From: Actinomycetota bacterium
GTDB lineage: Bacteria > Actinomycetota > UBA4738
Length of the DNA: 64,000 bases
Direction: 5' to 3'
Assembly: GCA_040414485.1 (NCBI GenBank)
Contig: JBEDUK010000010.1
Location: 30,147 to 94,146 of the forward strand
Shown here: positions 56,950 through 64,000 of the stretch, piece after piece
Layout of the letters: every line of letters begins with the position of its first letter
How positions within the stretch are numbered: the first letter of the stretch is position 1
Position numbers and translations under genes: made by a program
Notes under the pieces: model-generated
The model's database searches: none
Seen by the model: only the letters and a program-made list of their open reading frames with translations
Told to the model about the DNA's origin: nothing

Positions 56950-57855
56950 GTGGACGGCCAGTTGGTCTCGCCGCGGTGGCTCGTCGACCGCCGTGCGGAG
57001 GAACCTGCGCCCGACATCGTCGTGGTCGATCTGCGCTGGCGCGAAGACGGCTCAGGTCTGGATCGCTTCCGCGCCGGCCACGTTCCCGGCGCGGTCTTCT
57101 GCGACTGGACCACCGACCTGGTGGACCCGAATCACCGATATGCGTTCATGCTGGCGCCGCCGGATCGGTTCGCGGCGGCCATGTCGCGGATCGGTGTCGG
57201 CGACGACACGACCGTGGTGGCATACGCCGACGACCTCGGCTCGGGGCCGTTCCGGCTGTGGTGGGCCAGCAGGATCTACGGTCACGACCAGGTTCGGATC
57301 CTGGACGGCGGCCTCGAACGCTGGCTCGCGGAAGGACGGCCGGTCGAAGCGGGCGACGCACGCATGCGAACCGACTCCGGCAGAACGAGCGTCTGGACCC
57401 CACGGCCGGCGCTCGACGGTCCGGCGGCAACCGCGGACGACGTCGCGGCGGCCGAGGCGGACACCTCCGTGGTGGTGCTCGATTCGCGCCCGCCGTTCCA
57501 GTTCGCAGGCGAGGCGGTCTGGTTCGAAACGGGCGCTGTGGCCGCCGACGGGAGCGGGGTCTCGCACACGCCCCGCGGGCCGCTGCGGGCCGGGCACGTG
57601 CCGTGGGCGCGCAACGTCCCGAGCGCCTCCCTCTATGCGAGGGATGGCCGGTTGAAGGAGCCGGACGAACTGCGCGCACTGTTCGCCGGCGCCGGCGTGG
57701 CGCCGGGTGTGCGCGCCGTGACGTACTGCGGGGTCGGGATCTCCGCGTCGGCGCTTCTGTTCGCGCTTCGGCTGGCCGGCATCGACGACGTCCGGCTGTA
57801 CGACGCCTCATGGGAGGAGTGGGGGCGGGACCCCGATCGGCCCGTCGCGCGCTGA
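56950..57855 (+). CDS. thiosulfate / 3-mercaptopyruvate sulfurtransferase (tandem rhodanese domains)
   Basis: Two rhodanese domains with the active-site loop CGVGISAS (Cys-x-G-x-x-x-S/R). GTG start at 56950. Confidence 0.8.
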   Translation: MDGQLVSPRWLVDRRAEEPAPDIVVVDLRWREDGSGLDRFRAGHVPGAVFCDWTTDLVDPNHRYAFMLAPPDRFAAAMSRIGVGDDTTVVAYADDLGSGPFRLWWASRIYGHDQVRILDGGLERWLAEGRPVEAGDARMRTDSGRTSVWTPRPALDGPAATADDVAAAEADTSVVVLDSRPPFQFAGEAVWFETGAVAADGSGVSHTPRGPLRAGHVPWARNVPSASLYARDGRLKEPDELRALFAGAGVAPGVRAVTYCGVGISASALLFALRLAGIDDVRLYDASWEEWGRDPDRPVAR

Positions 57856-57935
57856 ACGCGGTTTCGCGTCAGGCCCCGTTTGCCCTATCCGAGCGATCGG
57901 GCGTATGACGGAACCCCCAATCGAAGGAGGCCGCG

Positions 57936-59807
57936 ATGGATCGACCGGCTCCCGTTGGCACGCCCGACGACGTTTCCGGCTCGCATCCCGGGGACGAGTC
58001 CGACTCCCGGCGCCTCGATCGTCGGTCCTTCCTGAAATACGGCGCCTACGCCGGCGCCGTAGCCGCGGCGGCGCCGGCCCTCACCGGACTGACCGCTGAC
58101 GGCGCCGCCGCCGCGTCCCGTTCGGCGGCAGCGGTCGCGCCCGTTTCGCGGGTCGGATCCTCGTCGTCCGCGCACGTCTCCGAGTTCCCCTGGGAGGAGT
58201 GGACGATCGCGCAGCTGCAGGCGGCCATGCAGTCGGGTCAGGTCACGTCGCGCCAACTCGTCCAGGACTACATCGACCGCATCAACCAGGTGGACTGGAG
58301 CCTCCCCGTTCAGCTCAATTCCGTGCTGCAGCTCAACCCGGACGCGCTCGCGATCGCCGACGAACTCGACCAGGAGCGTCACAACGGCCACGTGCGCGGC
58401 CCGATGCACGGGATCCCCATTCTCATCAAGGACAACGTCGCGACCAGAGACCGGATGGAGACCACCGCCGGCTCGATCGCGCTGCTCGGGTCCATCGTCC
58501 CGCGGGACGCGTTCGCCGCGCGCCAGCTGCGCAGGGCGGGCGCCATCCTCATGGGCAAGACGAACCTCAGCGAATGGGCGAACTTCCGGTCGCTGCAGTC
58601 CTCCAGCGGCTGGACCGGCCGCGCGGGTCAATGCCTCAATCCCTATGTCCTGGATCGCAACCCCAGCGGTTCGAGCTCCGGCTCGGCCGCGGCCGCGTCG
58701 GCGAGCCTCGCCGCAGGCTGTGTGGGGAGCGAGACCGACGGCTCGATCGTCTCGCCCTCCTCACAGGACGGACTCTGTGGCATCAAGCCCACCGTGGGTC
58801 TCATCAGCCGTGCCGGTGTGATCCCCATCTCACACCATCAGGACACGCTCGGGCCGATGTGCCGAACGGTGGCGGACTCGGCGACGATGCTCGGCGCGAT
58901 GGTCGGGGTCGACCCTCGCGACCCCGCCACGAAGGCGAGCAAGGGCCATTTCTACAGGGACTACACGAGGTTCCTCGACCCGCACGGCCTCGAGGGCGCC
59001 CGCATCGGCGTGTGGCGCAAGGGCGTCTTCGGGTTCACGCCGGAGGGCGACGCGGTGGCCGACGCCGCCATCGCCATGATGAGCGACCTCGGCGCAACCA
59101 TCGTGGACCCGGCCAACATCCCGCACGTCTCCGACGTGTTCGGGCCGGAATTCACCGTTCTCCTGTTCGATTTCAAGCATGACCTCAACCTGTATCTGCG
59201 TGACCTGATCTCATCGCCGGTCCGGTCGCTGGAGGAGCTCATCGCGTTCGACATCGCGCACGCGGACATCGAGATGCCCTGGTTCGCGCAGGAGATCTTC
59301 GACGAGGCCCAGGCGACCGATGGATTCCACGACCCCGCGTACAGCGCGGCGGTGAAGGAGTCCGGCCCGGTCATGCGAAAGTCGATCGACGACACACTGG
59401 CGAAGTATCACCTCGACGCGATCGTCTCACTCACCGACAGCCCCGCGTGGACCATCGATCTCATCAACGGCGACCATTTCCTGACCGGAAGCTCCACCGC
59501 CGCGGCCGTGGCGGGCTATCCAAGCGTCACGACTCTGGCCGGATATTCGTTCGGCGTGCTGCCGGTGGACATCTCGTTCATCGGGACGCGCTGGAGCGAG
59601 CCGACGCTGATCAAGCTCGCCTACGGGTTCGAGGTGAACGCGAAGCTGCGACATGCGCCGACGTTCATGGACTCCTTCGGCGTGCGGGACTTCGTGCACC
59701 GGGGCGGCTCGCCCCAGGGTCGCGGCGGCCGTCGTGGCGCGGGCAGCGTCGAGAGCGGCGCGGCGCGGCCGGACGTGCCCGGCGCGCTCCTGTCTGGAAG
59801 GCTCTGA
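57936..59807 (+). CDS. Tat-secreted amidase-signature family amidase
   Basis: Twin-arginine motif RRSFLKYGAYAG and the AS signature (GGSSSGSAAAVAA-like: GSSSGSAAAASASLAAGCVGSETDGSIVSPS; K...S...S triad). Confidence 0.85.
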   Translation: MDRPAPVGTPDDVSGSHPGDESDSRRLDRRSFLKYGAYAGAVAAAAPALTGLTADGAAAASRSAAAVAPVSRVGSSSSAHVSEFPWEEWTIAQLQAAMQSGQVTSRQLVQDYIDRINQVDWSLPVQLNSVLQLNPDALAIADELDQERHNGHVRGPMHGIPILIKDNVATRDRMETTAGSIALLGSIVPRDAFAARQLRRAGAILMGKTNLSEWANFRSLQSSSGWTGRAGQCLNPYVLDRNPSGSSSGSAAAASASLAAGCVGSETDGSIVSPSSQDGLCGIKPTVGLISRAGVIPISHHQDTLGPMCRTVADSATMLGAMVGVDPRDPATKASKGHFYRDYTRFLDPHGLEGARIGVWRKGVFGFTPEGDAVADAAIAMMSDLGATIVDPANIPHVSDVFGPEFTVLLFDFKHDLNLYLRDLISSPVRSLEELIAFDIAHADIEMPWFAQEIFDEAQATDGFHDPAYSAAVKESGPVMRKSIDDTLAKYHLDAIVSLTDSPAWTIDLINGDHFLTGSSTAAAVAGYPSVTTLAGYSFGVLPVDISFIGTRWSEPTLIKLAYGFEVNAKLRHAPTFMDSFGVRDFVHRGGSPQGRGGRRGAGSVESGAARPDVPGALLSGRL

Positions 59808-59898
59808 CGACGGCTGGCGGCTGACGGCGAGCAACACCCCGACTCGGCTTAAATGACGGCCGGGCCCGCTCGGGCGCGACCCGGGCATGCCCCTCGAG

Positions 59899-61014
59899 CT
59901 ATCGAGGACTGGAGTCGACGAAGGGTGGTTTCACCACCGTGGCCTGACCGCGACGGCCGCGAACGTCGATCTCCACGCGATCGCCGGGCGAGAATCCGTC
60001 CACCGGTGACAGGTACGCCATGGCGATGCCACGCTGCAGCGTGGGCGAGAACGTCCCGCTGGTGGTCTCCCCCACCTGCTGGTCCCCCCGATACACGGCG
60101 AAATGCGGCCTCGGGATCAGACGGTCATCCATGAGCAGGCCCCAGAGACGGTCCGGGACCCCCTGCTCTCGCTGAGCCAAGAGCGCATCGCGGCCGACGA
60201 AGTCGCCCTTGTTGAACGACACCGCCCAACCGAGCCCTGCTTCCAAGGGTGTACGGGACGGCGAGATGTCGTTCCCGTGCAGCGGATATCCCATCTCGGT
60301 CCGGAGCGTGTCTCTCGCGGCCAGCCCTGCGGGCGCCGACCCGGCGGCCAGCACCTCACGCCACAGGTCCACAGCCTGCTCGTAGGGGGCGAACAACTCG
60401 AACCCACGCTCACCCGTGTAGCCCGTGCGCGAAACGACGGCCGGCTCCTCCCGGTACACGGCCTCCGCGCACCGGAAATACGCCAGGTCGGACGCGACCG
60501 GAAACAGACCGCCCACCAGGTCCGGCGACGACGGACCCTGCACCGCGATGAGCGCCCAGTCGTGCAGCACACCGGATTCGACCTCACCTTCGTCACCGAT
60601 CTGCGCCGCGAACGCCCCGTACACGCGCTCGACGTTGGCCGCGTTCGGCACCACCAGAAACCGCTCCTCACCCAGGCGGTACACGATCAGGTCGTCCTCG
60701 ATCCCGCCACGGTCGTTGAGCGCCATGCCGTACTGCGCTCCGCCGAGGGGCACCTTCGACACGTCGTTGGTGAACGCGCGCTGCAACGTGGGCAGCGCGC
60801 CCGGTCCGGAGGCGGTGAACTTCCCCAGATGCGTGACGTCGAACGCGCCGACGGAGTTCCGCACCGCCGCATGCTCCGCGATCGTCCCGGCCGGGTAGGA
60901 GATCGGCATGAGCCACCCGGCGAACGGCCCCAACTTGGCTCCGAGCGCCCGATGCTCCGCCTCGAGGGGCGTGTGCTGCAGGGCGACCTCCGCGGTGCCG
61001 TTGTCGTCACTCAT
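59899..61014 (-). CDS. gcvT: glycine cleavage system aminomethyltransferase T
   Basis: 371 aa with canonical GcvT motifs (AVRNSVGAFDVTHLGKF ... SRTGYTGERGFELF). Confidence 0.9.
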   Translation of the reverse strand: MSDDNGTAEVALQHTPLEAEHRALGAKLGPFAGWLMPISYPAGTIAEHAAVRNSVGAFDVTHLGKFTASGPGALPTLQRAFTNDVSKVPLGGAQYGMALNDRGGIEDDLIVYRLGEERFLVVPNAANVERVYGAFAAQIGDEGEVESGVLHDWALIAVQGPSSPDLVGGLFPVASDLAYFRCAEAVYREEPAVVSRTGYTGERGFELFAPYEQAVDLWREVLAAGSAPAGLAARDTLRTEMGYPLHGNDISPSRTPLEAGLGWAVSFNKGDFVGRDALLAQREQGVPDRLWGLLMDDRLIPRPHFAVYRGDQQVGETTSGTFSPTLQRGIAMAYLSPVDGFSPGDRVEIDVRGRRGQATVVKPPFVDSSPR

Positions 61015-61093
61015 GGCGCTCCCCCGGGCCGGATAGTATGGCCCGACAGCGTACCCGAGCAGCGCGAGCAGGCCGAGCAGGGAGGACTGGCAA

Positions 61094-62491
61094 GTGACCG
61101 AGGGTGAGACGGGCGACGGCTACGACCTGATCGTCGTCGGCGCGGGAACCGGCGGATACGCGACGGCCCTGCGGGCTGCGGTCCTCGGCAGACGCGTCGC
61201 GATCGTCGACCGGGAGCCGCGCCTGGGCGGCACCTGCCTGCAGCGCGGCTGCATCCCGTCGAAGGCCATGCTCGCCTCGGCTCACCTCATGGATTTGATC
61301 GACCGGTCGGACACCTACGGCATCCAGGCGTCCGGCGAGGTCGACTGGCCGAAGGTCAAGGAGTTCGAGGAGCACATCGTCGACAAGAAGGTCTCCGGAC
61401 TGACCGGCCTCATCAAGGCCCGCAAGATCGACGTGGTCCAGGGCACCGCGCGGCTCGTGGCCGGCCCCGCGGTCGAGGTCGACGGCCGAAGGATCGAAGC
61501 GACCGATGTGGTGCTCGCCACGGGCTCGTACCCGAGACTGCTGCCGGGCCTCGAGATCACCGAACGCATCGTCACCAGCGACCAGATCTGGACCATGCCG
61601 TCGCTGCCCTCGTCGGTGGTCATCATCGGGGCCGGCGCGATCGGGATGGAGTTCGCCACCGTCTTCCGTTCGTTCCACGCGGAGGTCACGGTCGTCGAAG
61701 CGCTCCCGCGCATCGTCCCCCTGGAGGACGAGGACACCTCGAAGGAGGCCGCCCGCGAGTTCCGCAAGCGTGGCATCACCACGGTCGCCGACGCGAAGGT
61801 CCAGGACGTCAGGGACAAGGGCGACCACGTCGAGGTGACGTACGAGCCCGCAGGCAAGCAGGCCGTCACCGTCAACGCGGACCTCTGTCTGGTCGCGGTC
61901 GGACGTGGCCCCATCACCGAGGGCCTCGGGCTCGAGGAAGCGGGCGTCGCAACGGAGCGCGGCTACATCAAGGTCGACGGCCAGCTCCAGACGAACGTTC
62001 CGCACGTGTGGTCGGTCGGCGACGCCGCGTTCACACCCCTCCAGCTCGCGCATTCGTCCTTCCTGGAGGGCATGGTGGTGGCCGAACGGACCGCCGGCCT
62101 CGATCCGCCGGAGATCGACTACGCGGGCGTCCCAAAGGTGACGTTCTCGCAGCCCGAGATCTCGTCGGTCGGGCTCACGGAGGCCCAGGCGCGCGATCGC
62201 GGAATGGACGTGGAGACGAAGAAGTTCCAGTTCAGCGTGTTGGCGAAGGCGAACATCGAGGGTGAGGGCGGCGCGATCAAGGTCGTCGCCGACCGGGAAT
62301 CGAAGCAGATCCTCGGCGTGCACATGGTCGGCGCGCACGTCACCGAGCTCGTGGCGGAGGCGGAGCTCATGTACAACTGGGAAGCCACCGCCGACGACGT
62401 CGCCGCGCTCATCCACCCGCATCCCACGCTGTCCGAGGGTCTCGGCGAGGTCATGCTCTCGCTGGCGGGCAAGCCCCTGCACACCATGTGA
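61094..62491 (+). CDS. lpd: dihydrolipoyl dehydrogenase (E3)
   Basis: FAD GxGxxG (YDLIVVGAGTGGYATA), redox disulfide (GGTCLQRGCIPSK), and the C-terminal HPHPTLSE motif. GTG start. Confidence 0.9.
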   Translation: MTEGETGDGYDLIVVGAGTGGYATALRAAVLGRRVAIVDREPRLGGTCLQRGCIPSKAMLASAHLMDLIDRSDTYGIQASGEVDWPKVKEFEEHIVDKKVSGLTGLIKARKIDVVQGTARLVAGPAVEVDGRRIEATDVVLATGSYPRLLPGLEITERIVTSDQIWTMPSLPSSVVIIGAGAIGMEFATVFRSFHAEVTVVEALPRIVPLEDEDTSKEAAREFRKRGITTVADAKVQDVRDKGDHVEVTYEPAGKQAVTVNADLCLVAVGRGPITEGLGLEEAGVATERGYIKVDGQLQTNVPHVWSVGDAAFTPLQLAHSSFLEGMVVAERTAGLDPPEIDYAGVPKVTFSQPEISSVGLTEAQARDRGMDVETKKFQFSVLAKANIEGEGGAIKVVADRESKQILGVHMVGAHVTELVAEAELMYNWEATADDVAALIHPHPTLSEGLGEVMLSLAGKPLHTM

Positions 62492-62515
62492 CGCACCTGC
62501 GAAACGGAGGTTGAC

Positions 62516-64000
62516 GTGGCCACTCCGGTGACGATGCCCCAGCTCGGCGAGACGGTGGTCGAGGGAACGATCACGCGCTGGCTCAAGCAGGAGGGCGAAC
62601 GGATCGATCGGGACGAACCGCTGTTCGAGATCTCGACCGACAAGGTCGACACCGAGGTCCCGTCGCCACTCGCCGGAACGGTCGTGAAGATCTCGGTTCC
62701 CGAAGGCGAAACCGTGAGCGTCGGAACCGAGGTGGCCCAGATCGACGCGGACGGCGCAGGCGGGGGGGGCGTCGCGGCCGGGCCGTCCGAGGCCGCCGAA
62801 CCGCAGGAGGCCGCGGAGGGGGCGCAGGAGGCCCCGCAGCCGGACGTCCCGGCGGCCGGGGCGCCGGCGGCTCAGGCGCCGCAAGCTCCGCTGGCGGCTC
62901 AGGCGCCGCAAGCTCCGCAGGCCCAGCCCTCCCCGCCCGCCCAGCCCGCGGCGGTGATCACCGAGGCGCCGGCGGACGCGGCCACCGCGCCCGCCCCGAT
63001 GGAGACCGCCGAGGTTGCGACCGCTGCGCTCGGGACGCCGCCGCCCGCCGACGCCGCTGCCCAGGCCGAGGAGGCCGGCCCGCGCAGCCAGATCCTGTCC
63101 CCGCTCGTCCGGCGCATGGCCGACGAGCACGGCGTCAATCTGTCGCGGGTCCGAGGCACCGGTACGGGAGGCCGGATAACGAAGAGGGACGTCGAGCAGT
63201 TCGTCGCCGCGCGCGGCGAGCAGCCGTCGCCCATGCCGGAGCCCGCCCCGCAGCCGTCGCCGCCCGAGCCGGTCCCATCACCGGTCCCCATCCCGCAGCC
63301 GTCGCCGGGGCCCGCTCCTGCGCAGCCCGCGGCCATGGCCGGCGACCGCGAGGAGGTCATCCCGCTCACCCGCATGCGGCAGTCGATCGCCCAGCACATG
63401 GTGGCATCGATCCAGACCTCGGCCCGCGCGTGGAACCTGGTCGAGGTCAACGTGGAGAACATGGTTCGCGTCCGCACCGCGGCCAAGGACGCGTTCCAGC
63501 AGCGCGAGGGCATCTCGCTCACCTACATGCCATTCGTCGCGCGCGCGGTGTGCGACGCCCTGCTCCAGTACCCGGACGTCAACGCCGAACTCCGCGGCGA
63601 CCAGCTGATCGTCAAGCGCTACGTGAACATGGGGATCGCCGTCGCGCTCGACGACGGCCTGATCGTCCCGGTGGTGAAGGGCGCCGACACGATGAACGTG
63701 GTCGGCCTCGCGCGGGCCATCAACGACATCGCGACCAGGGCTCGAAGCAAGCGGCTGGTTCCCGACGACGTGCACGGCGGAACGTTCACCATCACGAACC
63801 CGGGGCCGTTCGGGTCGATCATCTCGGTGCCGATCATCAATCAGCCCCAGACCGCGATCCTGGCGTTCGATGCGATCGAGAAGCGTCCAATCGTGATCGA
63901 CGACGCGATCGCCATCCGGCACATGGTCTACCTGTCCATGTCGTGGGACCACCGCGTGATCGACGGGGCAACCGCGGCGAAGTTCCTCGCCAGGCTCAAG
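62516..64000 (+). CDS. 2-oxoacid dehydrogenase E2 component (dihydrolipoamide acyltransferase), 5' part; runs off the window end
   Basis: GTG at 62516 after a GGAGG RBS. Lipoyl domain (PQLGETVVEGTITRWLKQEGERIDRDEPLFEISTDKVDTEVPSP), Ala/Pro-rich linkers, an E3-binding domain, and the catalytic DHRVIDGA motif at the window end. No stop codon before 64000. Confidence 0.8.
   Translation, partial: MATPVTMPQLGETVVEGTITRWLKQEGERIDRDEPLFEISTDKVDTEVPSPLAGTVVKISVPEGETVSVGTEVAQIDADGAGGGGVAAGPSEAAEPQEAAEGAQEAPQPDVPAAGAPAAQAPQAPLAAQAPQAPQAQPSPPAQPAAVITEAPADAATAPAPMETAEVATAALGTPPPADAAAQAEEAGPRSQILSPLVRRMADEHGVNLSRVRGTGTGGRITKRDVEQFVAARGEQPSPMPEPAPQPSPPEPVPSPVPIPQPSPGPAPAQPAAMAGDREEVIPLTRMRQSIAQHMVASIQTSARAWNLVEVNVENMVRVRTAAKDAFQQREGISLTYMPFVARAVCDALLQYPDVNAELRGDQLIVKRYVNMGIAVALDDGLIVPVVKGADTMNVVGLARAINDIATRARSKRLVPDDVHGGTFTITNPGPFGSIISVPIINQPQTAILAFDAIEKRPIVIDDAIAIRHMVYLSMSWDHRVIDGATAAKFLARLK

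Noticed and set aside
61015-61093. Possible glycine riboswitch upstream of gcvT
   Set aside because: Only 79 nt separate gcvT from the divergent lpd start, and no GGAGAG / ACCGAAGGGGCAA-type glycine aptamer elements are present.
62869-62925. 27-bp tandem repeat (GGCTCAGGCGCCGCAAGCTCCGC...) inside the E2 gene
   Set aside because: It encodes the Ala/Pro-rich inter-domain linker (AQAPQAP...) typical of E2 components. Not an independent repeat element.
61007-63130. 707-aa ORF antisense to lpd and the E2 gene
   Set aside because: Low-complexity. lpd and the E2 lipoyl domain on the plus strand are unambiguous.
1-64000. Search for CRISPR arrays, tRNA/rRNA genes and IS / transposase / integrase signatures
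   Set aside because: No regularly spaced direct repeats and no cloverleaf-like conserved tRNA boxes in the intergenic regions. No transposase, integrase or recombinase-like ORF was recognised. The only mobile-looking feature is compositional: the low-GC ORF at 46629.

Overview
This is a high-GC (about 70%) window from a Gram-positive-type genome, probably actinobacterial or a related lineage (SufU-type suf genes, Rpf/SLT-like secreted hydrolases, Tat signal). It is densely coding. About 58 CDS are supported by recognisable protein families; many long overlapping ORFs in the track are GC-artefacts and were rejected.

The main content is a C1 / methylamine oxidation island.
- An eight-gene minus-strand operon (14950..23500) runs formate-THF ligase (fhs), a GmaS-like glutamine-synthetase homologue, the three-part N-methylglutamate synthase (mgsA GATase-II, mgsB GXGXG, mgsC FMN-GltS), an unknown 144-aa ORF, a VOC protein and a DAO-type FAD oxidoreductase.
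- It is divergent from a heterotetrameric sarcosine-oxidase / N-methylglutamate-dehydrogenase operon, soxD-A-G-B (23829..28943).
- That is followed by a NAD-type formate dehydrogenase module (29109..33947). Its catalytic subunit carries an in-frame TGA at the FdhF selenocysteine position, followed by an FdhF-like SECIS hairpin. The alpha subunit is also split and permuted in gene order: catalytic part, then an fdsG-fdsB fusion, then the N-terminal Fe-S part.

Other notable features are:
- a DUF1989::GcvT-like fusion protein co-operonic with an acyl-CoA dehydrogenase;
- a suf Fe-S assembly system split into sufT-sufB and sufD-Rieske-sufC-sufS-sufU by a 5.4 kb insertion (ECF sigma factor, TM-anchored TolB-like beta-propeller, coiled-coil lytic transglycosylase, M20 peptidase, cupredoxin, and a low-GC orphan ORF);
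- a cobalamin riboswitch (B12-box GCCACUG) upstream of a btuF-btuC-btuD-like ABC importer whose ATPase has an extra Rossmann-like C-terminal domain;
- a flavin-reductase::cNMP-binding fusion overlapping a GNAT gene;
- a duplicated 18-bp motif in the divergent fhs/sox promoter region.

The 3' end carries gcvT, lpd and a partial E2 acyltransferase. No CRISPR array, tRNA, rRNA or clear mobile element was found.
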